NCBI GenBank assembly: GCA_010015585.1
Contig: ML975171.1
Length of the DNA: 64,000 bases
Source of the DNA: Eremomyces bilateralis CBS 781.70
Taxonomy: Eukaryota
Strand: one strand, 5' to 3'
Shown one piece after another: positions 1-10,575 of the stretch. A program made the position numbers and the translations under genes. The notes below the pieces were generated by a model. It was not told the origin of the DNA. It searched no databases and saw only the letters and a program-made list of their open reading frames with translations. Each line of letters starts with the position of its first letter. Position 1 is the stretch's first letter.

Positions 1-470
1 CATATGCTGGTGAGCATGAACGACGATACGATAAATCTGATGGTCATCGACACGGGGGAGGTGGTGCAGGGGTTTTACGGGCATAAGCAGTCCAAATTTA
101 TGATCCGGAGTGCGTTTGGGGGAGCCAATGAGAACTTTGTGGTCAGCGGCAGTGAAGGTATCATGGGCCCTCCTCTGCAGATCCAATGAAGTCACCTAGG
201 CTAACTGTGTGTTACTTAGATTCACGGGTACTCATTTGGAGAACTAACGGCCAGTTGGTCGAGACACTAGAGGCCCATCAACCTGCATGTGTTAATTCCG
301 TGGTCTGGCATCCGACCAACCCACACCTATTCGCATCGGCCGGAGACGATAAGGTGGTACGAATGTAAGTGGCTTCCCATCTCCCATTTCATCAACAAAT
401 CGTCTTACGAATACACAGATGGTCAATTCCGGGCACGAACTCCACGCACTCCAACGGCTTCGGCACCTAA
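1..470 (+). CDS. WD40-repeat protein, WDR26/Gid7-like (3' partial; exons <1-157, 220-364, 419-470)
   Basis: Spliced translation is ...GHKQSKFMIRSAFGGANENFVVSGSEDSRVLIWRTNGQLVETLEAHQPACVNSVVWHPTNPHLFASAGDDKVVRIWSIPG...*, which resembles the last WD40 blades of WDR26/Gid7. Introns are 158-219 (branch GCTAAC) and 365-418. Confidence 0.8.
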
Positions 471-898
471 GTTTTCTACATCCTTCGATCCAAGATTCCC
501 CTTCACTCAAGCCTGTTTCGTCGGCATTCTGAGCATTTCCCATCCCTGGTACTTGCATGATAGACTGGCGCTTTGATATCACCTTCGCACGCGTATTGGA
601 TTGGACACATGGTCATTTATGGGACAACCGAGGGTTTCAGCTGTTCACTTGCAGAAGGTGTGTGGTTTGCGGACAGAACGCGGTCAATTCGTAGATATCC
701 CGGCGGTTCTAGGAGCGGGGAGACAGCAATAATATTTTATCGCTCCATTCATGAGCCCCATGATAGTCTTTGATAATGTAGTCCATTTGTCTGGAAATGG
801 TGTATCCCATAATCGACTAAGATGGATGATCCGACCCTCCCTTCGAAATAACAACAACAGCCATCATCCGTCAACAACCCAAACATGCCGAATCTGAC

Positions 899-1492
899 CT
901 ACTCCGACTTGATCGACCCCATGAAGCTTGGTCGTTTGTGCTCAAATACCTCCTGCAGGGTTGGCTTCAAAGTCTCGAGCCTATTCCATTCCGATTAGTA
1001 GCCCCTCCAATAGAACGGTGCTCAGCGCGCGACTTACGTCCGATCCAGAATCGGTCCCCTGATACCGTACATCCGCCCTTCCTTTGGTCCGCCCTCCGAA
1101 TAGACGTGACACCCGCATGTCCCACAGAATATTCTGCGAAATCCAATTAACGCCGGGCCGCCTCGAGTTGGCAATCGTCCCATGAACTTACTTCGTCTTC
1201 GGGTTCCCACTCATCGTGTCCTCCATCGTATACCCCTTCCGCACGGAATCCGGATCCTCGATCTTGACCTGCTCGGACGTATAGAGGACTGCCTACATCA
1301 AATTATTAGCAACGGTTGCCAATGCAGGAATCCGCGTATCGTTGGACTTACCACCTGGCTCGACCCCCCACTGTTGATGCGGCAATGGCTGCAGAAACAC
1401 ATGTTTACACCGATTGGAACATCGGTCACGGTGACCTTGACAGCGCCACAGTCACAGCTGCCTGACATAGTTTCGGGTACTGAGGTCGACAT
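899..1492 (-). CDS. GFA/CENP-V/Mss4-like zinc-binding protein (4 exons: 1492-1352, 1292-1192, 1133-1038, 980-899)
   Basis: The motifs GSCDCGAV, CFCSHCR and FCGTCGCHVY join in frame after removing three GTAAGT...YAG introns. The ORF track shows only exon 1. Confidence 0.85.
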
Positions 1493-2249
1493 TCTTCTTG
1501 TTATTATAGCTGGATGCTTCTCGAAATGAACCTAGATCGTGGAAAGTAGCGACTCTGGTGATGATGGGATGTCGAAGGGGGGAGTGTGGTGTGCTGGCTG
1601 ATTGGCATGCTTAGCCGTGTGATAATGGCGGTTTATATATGCGAATGAAAGCCATCCTGAGTCGGGTCGGGCGGTGATAGCAATTCGCCGACCAACGCGC
1701 CCTATGCAGGTACTTGTAGACGCGTGGATAATGGCGTTGGGGAGCATCTTGAAATGGTCGAGATGTCGGCGTTTGGAAGAGAAATACACCGATATATGTA
1801 CAGGAACCTTACTTACCCCTTGTGTGTTCCAGGTGCAGATCACCCAAAAGAGGACTAAATAAAGCGATTGATGACAGATAAATTCGCTGATGAGACCGCG
1901 GCCTTTTGAATTCACATCGTCGTGGTTTTTATAATCGTGTCTAATACCGTATCCACAGGACGGAGATTCAGCTTATTTGCATCCGATGTGTCGGTGCTCT
2001 GGCGCCGGCTGTTGACACTCTCCTGTCACCGTCCAGTCTATGGGTAGCCGTCTTTGAATCTAGTTTTAGAATCTTTCGACGAGTGACAAGCGAGGCTCAG
2101 CGAATTCGTAATACGAACTGGTTCAGTACATATTGCAATTGTCCCTGGTATGTTTCTTGAAGTCCAACTTGACTTGTCCGTCGGCTGTGCAACGGGGTTG
2201 ACAAAATCGAACGACAATATATAGTAACAGCTGTGGCTTAAAAGGCAGC

Positions 2250-4235
2250 TCATCTCTTAACTCCAACGATGCAAAGGTTCCTTGGACTCATCCCATAGTC
2301 AAAAACCGGCTCCACCCAAGCCTCCTTGATCTCGTCCTGTTCCTTCAACCACAACCACCTATCCAGCACAATCGCCGACTCAACCACCCCAGCACTATAC
2401 GCCATCAAACTCCACGCGATGCTCAATTCATGCTTCCGCGGTAGATATCGTTGGTGGTAGTCCTCAATCTCCTCATCCGCGATCAATCCTAGCGCCGCTG
2501 CGATCTTCGCATACGGTACAGGAGGGTATTGCGATGTGTCAGCAATGGGCCTTCCAGTCCTGGGATTGACCCCATCTTCTGGGTGAACCTCCTCAGGGAC
2601 GCCATTCGACATTGCCATCGCCTCCATCTTCGCCTGGGCGCCGCGGACGTAACTGAGGAAGTTGCTGTAGCACGATTTGCGAAGCCCGCCGATGATGATA
2701 GGTTGGCCGGCGGTATCGCTGCCGCCGGCGGGACTGACGGCTCGGACTATTGGCGTCTCCGGGGATTGGGGCCGGGCAGAGGCTTTGCGGCACGTATCTA
2801 TGACGCCGATGTCAAGGAAAATGCGCTGGAGCACGGATCGGTAGAAGTGTCGAGTGAAGAAAGAGTCGCTGTCTTTCGGTCCCCAGTTCTGCGGTGCTTG
2901 GACGGCCATCATCCGCGCGGTGATGTTGAGCCGAATTCCCTCCTCTTCTTCCTCTAGGTCTCCGTCGACGCCATCTAGGCCATGCTTCTTCTTCTTCTTC
3001 GAATATTGGTAGCTACACATCCGCTCGCTCATCGGGAATCCCATCTCGTCCTTCGCGCTCGCTTCTCGCTCCATTCGTTTCACTGCATCGGGAATCCGCA
3101 GACTAGGATGCTTGTACGTCATCCCTTTCCCAAGACGCTCGGTCATGAGATTGTAGCAGCAGCCGATTAGTGCTACGGCGCGGACTTCAGGATTGGCGGT
3201 AACCGTACGGAGCGCATGGTGCAGGAGGTTGCCGCAGGAGTGGAGGGATATGGTTAGAAGAGAAGGCGGAGTTTGTGATTTCGAGCCTATTTGTGGCATG
3301 ATTGGACCTAATGATCCATTCACCACCCAATGATTGATATACTGAACGGTGCCTTTCGCGTCAGCTGGTATTGCCTCCAACGGCGTGTCTGGTGTGGCAT
3401 TTGGTGCAGCTGACACCATCCTCCCATCCTCGCAGAGAGTGCATTCTCCATCCTCTTTGGGCATCCGATCGTCCGTCTTCTCCTGACCTCCTGTGGTCTT
3501 CGGATTCCGTCGCTTTCCAGATTGAACTCCTCGCTGCTCCAGTAGCCAGAGCTTCTTGTTCCGCATGGTTCTGGGTCTCTCGACCAACTTTGCGAGCACA
3601 TCGAGCGTCTTTGCACCTTCGATGTTATGTGGCCTAGTCTCAATCGCAATGATATCCCTGTTGTACGGCTCGCTTGCCAATGCTCTTCCTAAATAATTCT
3701 GCCCCGACCCAAAATCGACCAGATGAGTGATCGGCTGCCCTGTATATTCAGCGATGTCACCCGTCAGCCTCTCGACGTATTGCGCAAAGTTCTGCACCTC
3801 GTGGACCTTTTTCACTTTCATCCCCGAGGCAACGGGGCGAGAGAGCTTGACTTCTTTTTGCGGTGGGTTAAAGTCACGCCGCATCAGGTGCATCCTCACA
3901 GTTCCCACATAGTCCAGCAGACTTTGCGGAGGGAACGGCCTCCCTCGCCATGCGAACCCTCCTGAGTCATCGTCACCGTTGAACTTTTGGAGATCTTCCC
4001 GCATCAGAAAGTCCAGGATGTCCGCGATCTGAATGTCGTGAAACCACTCTCGCCATTCCTGTGGAATCGCCGTCTCATAAAGGCTTGGACTTCGAGTAAA
4101 GAAATCGAGGACATGGATGCCTCCGCAGAATCGCTCAAGAAGTTCAGAGGTCGTCAAAAATTCTAATAAGGACTCGGAAAATTCATTAGGACCTGAAAAT
4201 ACATCAGAAATTGGCAACGGTTTCTCTGGCCCCAT
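2250..4235 (-). CDS. SAM-dependent methyltransferase, RRNAD1/METTL25-like
   Basis: 661-aa ORF with MKVKKVHEV, LVDFGSGQNYL, SLHSCGNL, IGCCYN and C-terminal FDYGMSPRN motifs. Confidence 0.85.
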   Translation of the reverse strand: MGPEKPLPISDVFSGPNEFSESLLEFLTTSELLERFCGGIHVLDFFTRSPSLYETAIPQEWREWFHDIQIADILDFLMREDLQKFNGDDDSGGFAWRGRPFPPQSLLDYVGTVRMHLMRRDFNPPQKEVKLSRPVASGMKVKKVHEVQNFAQYVERLTGDIAEYTGQPITHLVDFGSGQNYLGRALASEPYNRDIIAIETRPHNIEGAKTLDVLAKLVERPRTMRNKKLWLLEQRGVQSGKRRNPKTTGGQEKTDDRMPKEDGECTLCEDGRMVSAAPNATPDTPLEAIPADAKGTVQYINHWVVNGSLGPIMPQIGSKSQTPPSLLTISLHSCGNLLHHALRTVTANPEVRAVALIGCCYNLMTERLGKGMTYKHPSLRIPDAVKRMEREASAKDEMGFPMSERMCSYQYSKKKKKHGLDGVDGDLEEEEEGIRLNITARMMAVQAPQNWGPKDSDSFFTRHFYRSVLQRIFLDIGVIDTCRKASARPQSPETPIVRAVSPAGGSDTAGQPIIIGGLRKSCYSNFLSYVRGAQAKMEAMAMSNGVPEEVHPEDGVNPRTGRPIADTSQYPPVPYAKIAAALGLIADEEIEDYHQRYLPRKHELSIAWSLMAYSAGVVESAIVLDRWLWLKEQDEIKEAWVEPVFDYGMSPRNLCIVGVKR

Positions 4236-4376
4236 GATTGGTTACTCTGACATTGAGCGTCTTTTGTCTAAGAAACCCGTATCTCAATGGAAGGGTTGAA
4301 TTGAATTGAGAATTATTTGTGTTGGAAAAGATTTTGAACGGAACAGATCTGATGGACAGGATTCTGACAGTGAACC

Positions 4377-4440
4377 GGAACTGGAACAGGAACTGGAACA
4401 GGAACGGAACTGGAACAGGAACTAGAACTGGAACAGGAAG
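4377..4440. repeat. (GGAACW)n hexamer microsatellite, about 11 units
   Basis: The sequence reads ggaact ggaaca ggaact ggaaca ggaac ggaact ggaaca ggaact agaact ggaaca ggaag. Confidence 0.9.
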
Positions 4441-4631
4441 GACCATAAGGCAACAAGGCATGAATCCCTGTCTCAGTGGAACAACTTGCTCAAGCGAAGA
4501 GACCATCAGGGCATCAAAGAAATATTAACCAAAATATGTAAATTATTTGGAGCTATGCGATCGGATATCTTCCTCCTTGAACTCCGAAATACTCCATCCT
4601 CAAATCCTCGATCCATTAGCCAAACCCCAAA

Positions 4632-6196
4632 CTATTTTCGCCAAGCGCCAAACACGCCCCGTGGATGTATCCTTTCTGTAGAGTGGTCTCTTGAAGGTCC
4701 TTTAACAGATCCGTCACTCGAACTCCCGTCTTCCATGTCCTGATATTGCCGCTTCTTCATCCCCTCCTCTGCCTCGAGTCTTTCCATCTTCTTCACCGTT
4801 CGATATCGCAGGAGATAGAGGATGCCAATGACGCAGCAAGCAATGAAGGCAATGCCACCTATTACCCCTCCGAGAACCGCGCCAACGAGTCCGTTTGCTC
4901 CAAAGTCGGATTCCGACTCAGCAGACTTTGCGACGGGGATGGACTTCGGGCACCAGGTTGTCGGCATCACGTATTTGTTTTCCACGACGGCTTGAGCGAG
5001 GTGGAAGTTGTAGGCTTCATAGTCGATCATCAGGTAGACTTGGCTAAGCCATGAAGCGCCAAGGTAAAAGATGTTTTCTTCCATTGGGCTACCGTTCCAG
5101 TTGAAGTTTCCCGACGCCACTGGAGAGAGTCCGGTAGAGTTGGAAACCATCTCCGGTGGAAGAGTCACCCGGAAGCCATCAGACAGAACAATGGTCATCG
5201 TGCCGGCAAATGATTTGGTGATCCGTAATGAGTGATCCGGCACCTCGTTAGGGTCCGTCTCAACTGCCGTGAGAAGGGACATGAAATTCTCTGTGATCTG
5301 TGGAGGAAATGTCATGGGATATTGGTCCGTGGTGATCCGAGCCGTGAACCCCTGAGCCACGCTGCTAATATTAGGGAATCGCACCGAATCCATCAGGGAC
5401 ACGTTGCGCGTCAGCCCAGTTGGGTCGTCGAGGATGATATCCGTCACCGTGACCGCAAGGGGGTCCGCTGATGAAGTGTCAATCTGGTTGGTGAATACAG
5501 GACCGGTAAACCGACCGCTGTCGAATCCGCCGAATGTGTTCGAGCCGTTCACGACGCCACCAGCCCGGTCCATGCCGGCGCCAATGTATAATGAATAAGT
5601 CCTCCCAGCGATCAGACCGGCAGCGTATATCTTCTGCAGCAGAGTCGACGCCGCTCCGAACCCGATTACACCAGGGTTTGACGAACTGGATGATACCACC
5701 TCCAGTGAAAAATTGTCCACGGTGTTCACGGTAGCAGGATTGGTTTCGAAAAAGTGGGTATATAGATGGCCAGAATCGGTCCCAAACGTGCTGGCGTTAG
5801 ACAGCTGAGAACTGTCTAGCGAACGATATGTCTTGTCTTCTATCCATCTGTAGGGGATCAGTGTCCGGACTGTCCGACTTCTTCAGGCTCCACTTACGAT
5901 CTCGAGAACGACGCATCAAAGGTGCCATGAGTCTCGCCTTCGCAATTCCGCAGCTGACTTCTCCCGCAGAAGTCGCCGGAGGCAACTGAAGTTTCGTTCT
6001 GCCGTAATGATGGGAAGAGGCTCTGGTTCTGTGATGGCGTCCCGAACCCTATGAACGACCCATACTGGAGGATGTTCGTCCCGCGGACAGCACGCTTGTG
6101 GATATCCACGTAGATAGGCGGTTTGGAGCAGTCAAAAGCAAGGACAGTTGAAGCAATCAGCAATGTGAAAGGCACAGCCTTCTTTAAACCCGCCAT
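4632..6196 (-). CDS. Pepsin-fold (A1 aspartic peptidase-like) type I membrane protein, probably non-catalytic (exons 6196-5898, 5847-4632)
   Basis: Signal peptide MAGLKKAVPFTLLIASTVLA. Pepsin-family motifs IGFGTPSQ, TFDASFSRSW, YSLYIG, TFGGFDSGRFTG and LGASWLSQVYLMIDYE. C-terminal TM helix. Intron 5848-5897. Confidence 0.8.
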
Positions 6197-8042
6197 AATA
6201 AATTGAACGAAAAGGAACTGGAGAGAGATTTCAGAAACGCATAAGAAAAATGACGACTCTGGAGAACGAAAAACCAAGATGAGACAACATTGATCAGTAG
6301 ATTCCAAAGTAACGCGTACGTCGGCATCAAGTGGTGATATGCTTCCCTCCAAGAAAGCTGGTCGATATTCTTAGAACCGACAACCCACCCACCCGCATAT
6401 AGAACCCGACTGTTTCGTCTAAGGTCCTCCCGCACTTCGCACGGAGTCCTCCACCCCGCCACCTTAGACACCGACGCAATGGCTCTTGAACCAGATTGGT
6501 CAGCGAATAAGCGCCGAAGGACTTCTGAGACCGGGTGGACGAGGAGCTCGCCCCGGAAGGCAGCATCGCGGCGAGGAAGCCAGCGGCATTCTTAGAACCG
6601 GGTCGGGGCACGTGGTGCAAGAAACATTGTCGGATTCGGACAGGATTGGACGGGAATATGAGAGGAGATCTGCCGTGCTAGGGTTATAGGCGCGTCGTGA
6701 AGCTGCGGGACATTAGAAAGGTCCCTGGCGCTTAATTCATTCTCGATGCTAATGTCCAACCATATAGATATTGCGTCAATGGTCGCTGGTGATCTGCTGT
6801 TAATTCAACATCGAGATGAAGCTATTCGTAAACTGAACCCAACTGGGTATAAGCATAGAAAGCAATCATAATCTAGCAAATAATAATCAATACTCCTTCT
6901 AAAATCCAGCATCGTCGAAGTTGACGTTCGGCGGATGTCGAAACACGAGTGGAGACGACCAGGGCGACGTCTAAAAAAAGAACGCCACTAAACCGGAGAA
7001 GCCAGCCAACCAGATCGTCGTCCAAGACCCTCTCCAACAGAACTTTCCAACATATTATAACCGTTGTACACAGTGCATCGTTACCTCATTCCGGTCTCGA
7101 GCTGTGAATCGGCAACTGCCATCCAACCATTGTCTTATGTATTGATGAACATGAAGCGCATACATAGAACGGTAGTGCCTTAGTGGTGCCCTGATTCCTG
7201 TCCCAAATCCAACACCGTCCCAGGGTCCACTCACCAAACAAGGCGACGGACGAACAAGGCTACCATAGGAGAGGGAGCGAACGAGACTCACTCACGAGAG
7301 AGAGCAGGTACTGCGAAAGTCGGCCTTGACAAAGAGCGCTGTATCACCACTGAGATTTGCCGTTCCCCTTCGCGATCCCTTAGAAAACAGTTCGGTGCGG
7401 TCTGTAGAGTATGACGATGGGCCAGAGATCAGGAAGTTTGAGGGGAGACCTCGTGGATAAGACTTGTGGGCAGTGACATTGGATGAGGGTGGTAAGATGC
7501 GGGCGTAGAGGATAGGTCAACCGCAATATACATGCTTCTTCCACACTAAACATCCGCCTACGACCATTTACACCCTAGGCTCGGGCGATTCCACTCATCA
7601 AGACTTCCAACATATATCTAATATCTTCTGAACACGGATTGCCGAATGTATATATTCTCGTCGCTATTCGAAGATTGCTCAACAGCCATCTCATCAACGC
7701 TCACGACCGCCTTCTCCAGCCGTACGTACACGAGATGCAATCGTACACACCTAGATCGTTCACCAAATTCCCAAAATCGAACGGAAATACGTCCCGATCC
7801 AACAAGTGATATATAAAAAACAGGTATCCTGAACCCGAGGAAACAACGCAACCCGCTCGCTTCCCGGTGTGGATGCCCCGGCGGCCGTATTGCCTGGAAT
7901 CGGAAAACACCGAGAGAACAATCCAAACGCCCGCTAACCTAGCAGATATGAACCGCGAAAAATGCCAAAAAGTGGTGGTGTATCAGAGAAAGAGTGGTGC
8001 TGAAAAGCCCAGATGGAAGGGTGCTCCAGATCATGAAACCGA

Positions 8043-10575
8043 TCACCCCGTCGCGATCCCCTTCGATCCCGCTACCCGTCGAAGCATCCTCCGCATAAGC
8101 CCCCCCTCGCTCTTCGGCGGCTTGACCGCAAAGGCACCATGCTCCCCTGTCGCGTCGTCGGTGAACTGAGGGAGAGCCTCCAGAGCCAACGGATCGTACG
8201 GTTTCGATTGTCGATTCGCGGTGCTTCCAAAGATCGCCGCCGCACCGGACGTGGACAAGGTGGTTAAACCGTAGGAGATGCTGCCCGACCGCTTGCCGCG
8301 GCTTTTGCCGTCGTGCCAGCCGTAGATGGTCTCTTCGTCGGCCCGCAGGTCCGGTCGCGTGAGTGTCATCCGCAACGTCATCTCGCGGCCTCCAGGGGAG
8401 AGGGCTTCGTCCCACATGTCGCGTTCGGAGCGGGCGCCAGCACTGGTTTTTGGAGAAGGGGAGGTGAGCAGTGGCGCGGGCGCGACGGAGAGGTTGACTG
8501 TGAAAGGCGGGAGGATATCTTCGTGGATGTTGGCGAATTTGGAGGCGGTGACGCGATCGACGAAGGCGTGGACATTGGCGATGGTGTCGGTGTCGACTTC
8601 GGGGTTTGAGGGGTGACTGGAGAGTGGGTGGGTATCGTTAGGGGTGACTGGAGAGGCAGGAGCGCTGTCGGAGTCTGATGCGGAGTCGAGGTCGGCGGCC
8701 GGTGTAGTCGCGGCAGTGGAGCGATCGTGGTACACCATTGAACCGCTGTCATCAGAAAGGATATCGGAATTGTCGAGGAAGGAGAAATCGTCGTTGCGAA
8801 GGAAGGTTTGTGCATCATTGGCAGCGGAGAGTATCCGGCGTTGCCGTGAATGCGAGGTTGATATGCGGGTGGGCTCCGTCGAATGTCGGCCAGTGTTTTC
8901 GTTGTTTGCTGCAGACGCAGGAAAGCCAAACTCGATGGCTTCGTCGAACTTTTGGGGGGAGGCAAGATATTGGCGGAGCTTCATGCGGGCCTCGGGATCT
9001 TGATAGTGGAGTGCTGTTGCGTCACATCCTTGAGGGGTGGTGACGAATTCGAGAGGGGGAACGATGAGAGAATTGTTTCTCGATCGACGATGAGAGGGGA
9101 AGGCCGTGAATAAGGGCGATGGTAGGGCGGAGGGGGCAGATGAAGTCGAGGTTCGTCCGGTCGGGTTGGTTGTTGATATCGAAAAGTTGCGTCTCAGGGA
9201 GTACTTCCGCGCGTGTGTCGACGGCATCGAGCGGTCTACTGGCTCGTGGTCTTGAAAGCTATCGCGAGCCATCTTTGTGCTTCCGTCCCGGCTCGGTCCA
9301 ATGATCGAGTCCTCCCGCTGATCGTGTTGTTGGTAGTCCAAGGAAATTAATGAAACGGCCGTCAATGTTCCCGAGGCTTGATCGGAAATATTTCCGTCCA
9401 ACTTCTCCAAAAGTATTGACGTGCAACAACCTTCAAGCAAGTATTGCTCCTCTTTCGAGAATTGTGCCCGTTTCAATTTCTCTGGCAGCGCCAGATAGCG
9501 TTCGGCGTCGGCCCTGGTAATAACGCGGTCGTTCCCAACTGATACGGACCGCCGGCGCGAATGATGTCGACCTTTACGCACTCGACCCGAGGAGTGCTGG
9601 GCGGAGTGTGAGAGATAAGAATAACCGGTGCTAGGACGGGTGGATGGGGGGGAAACATCGATTCGATCCAGGGGAGTCGGTCGGCCAGGAACTACGAGCA
9701 GTTGCGACGCAGCATGGTTTTCTGCGATACGCAGGCGCTCCAGCGACGAGAAATACTTTTTTCTGCGGTGAGAGACCAGGTTAGCGTCAGATGATCCTTC
9801 GACGGTGTCGCAAAAATGCTGACAGCTTGTGACGGTGAATGAGGGGTGAAAAAAGTAACGTCTCGGCGATAAACGTCGGCGATGAAGTAAGGAGATAAAT
9901 GTAGGAGTAAAGGGTGGCTCGTTATGCAGCACGCTCAACCGGAAGGACGGCGTGAACAGGAGGGGCGAGAGGGTTTAGTAGTAAGGCACAAATTGTCTGA
10001 TTGTGTCGTGCGGCGCGAATAGATTGAGACGAGGAATGAAGCACGAAGGTCGCAGACTCGCAGCGAGGACGGTGAGGACAAGCACGCCAGAGTATGCACG
10101 AGGCGCCGATGAAGCAACTCGGTCGTAGCGGACCTGCATCCATTCCAGTGATTCCACGAACCACAGACTGGTACCCCTGTATATCAATGCCTTACTGCAG
10201 AAAACAATGGGGATTGATATACAGTATACACAGGACCATGGATGGGATCGTAGCAGGTAGGCCGACTGACCGAGGGCGGTATGAGTTCTTATTGCAAGTG
10301 CATGATTGCCGGACGCAATAACGCATATGAACGACCAGGCCAAGTCCAACAGATGGTGTGGTGGCTTGTAAATCACACGCAGACTTGACAGGGGGTCAAC
10401 CCTCTGGGATCTCTCACACCTGATGATCCCAAACCGTGACAGGAATAGTGACCTTCAAACCAACAACATGATAGGCAAAGGTGCAATGAAACGAGAAGAT
10501 CAACGAGTTGAAAACATACCTGATAGAAATCGGCAACGCTCCGTATTCATCAACAGATAGGACTGGTTGGGCCAT
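8043..10575 (-). CDS. Conserved fungal hypothetical Ser/Thr/Arg-rich protein (exons 10575-10520, 9762-8043)
   Basis: Long ORF with conserved-looking blocks YQDPEARMKLRQYLASPQKFDEAIEFGFP and REMTLRMTLTRPDLRADEE. The short exon MAQPVLSVDEYGALPISIR joins KKYFSSLERLR in frame across GTATGT(10519)...GCTAAC...CAG(9763). An alternative in-frame ATG lies at 10596. Confidence 0.7.
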
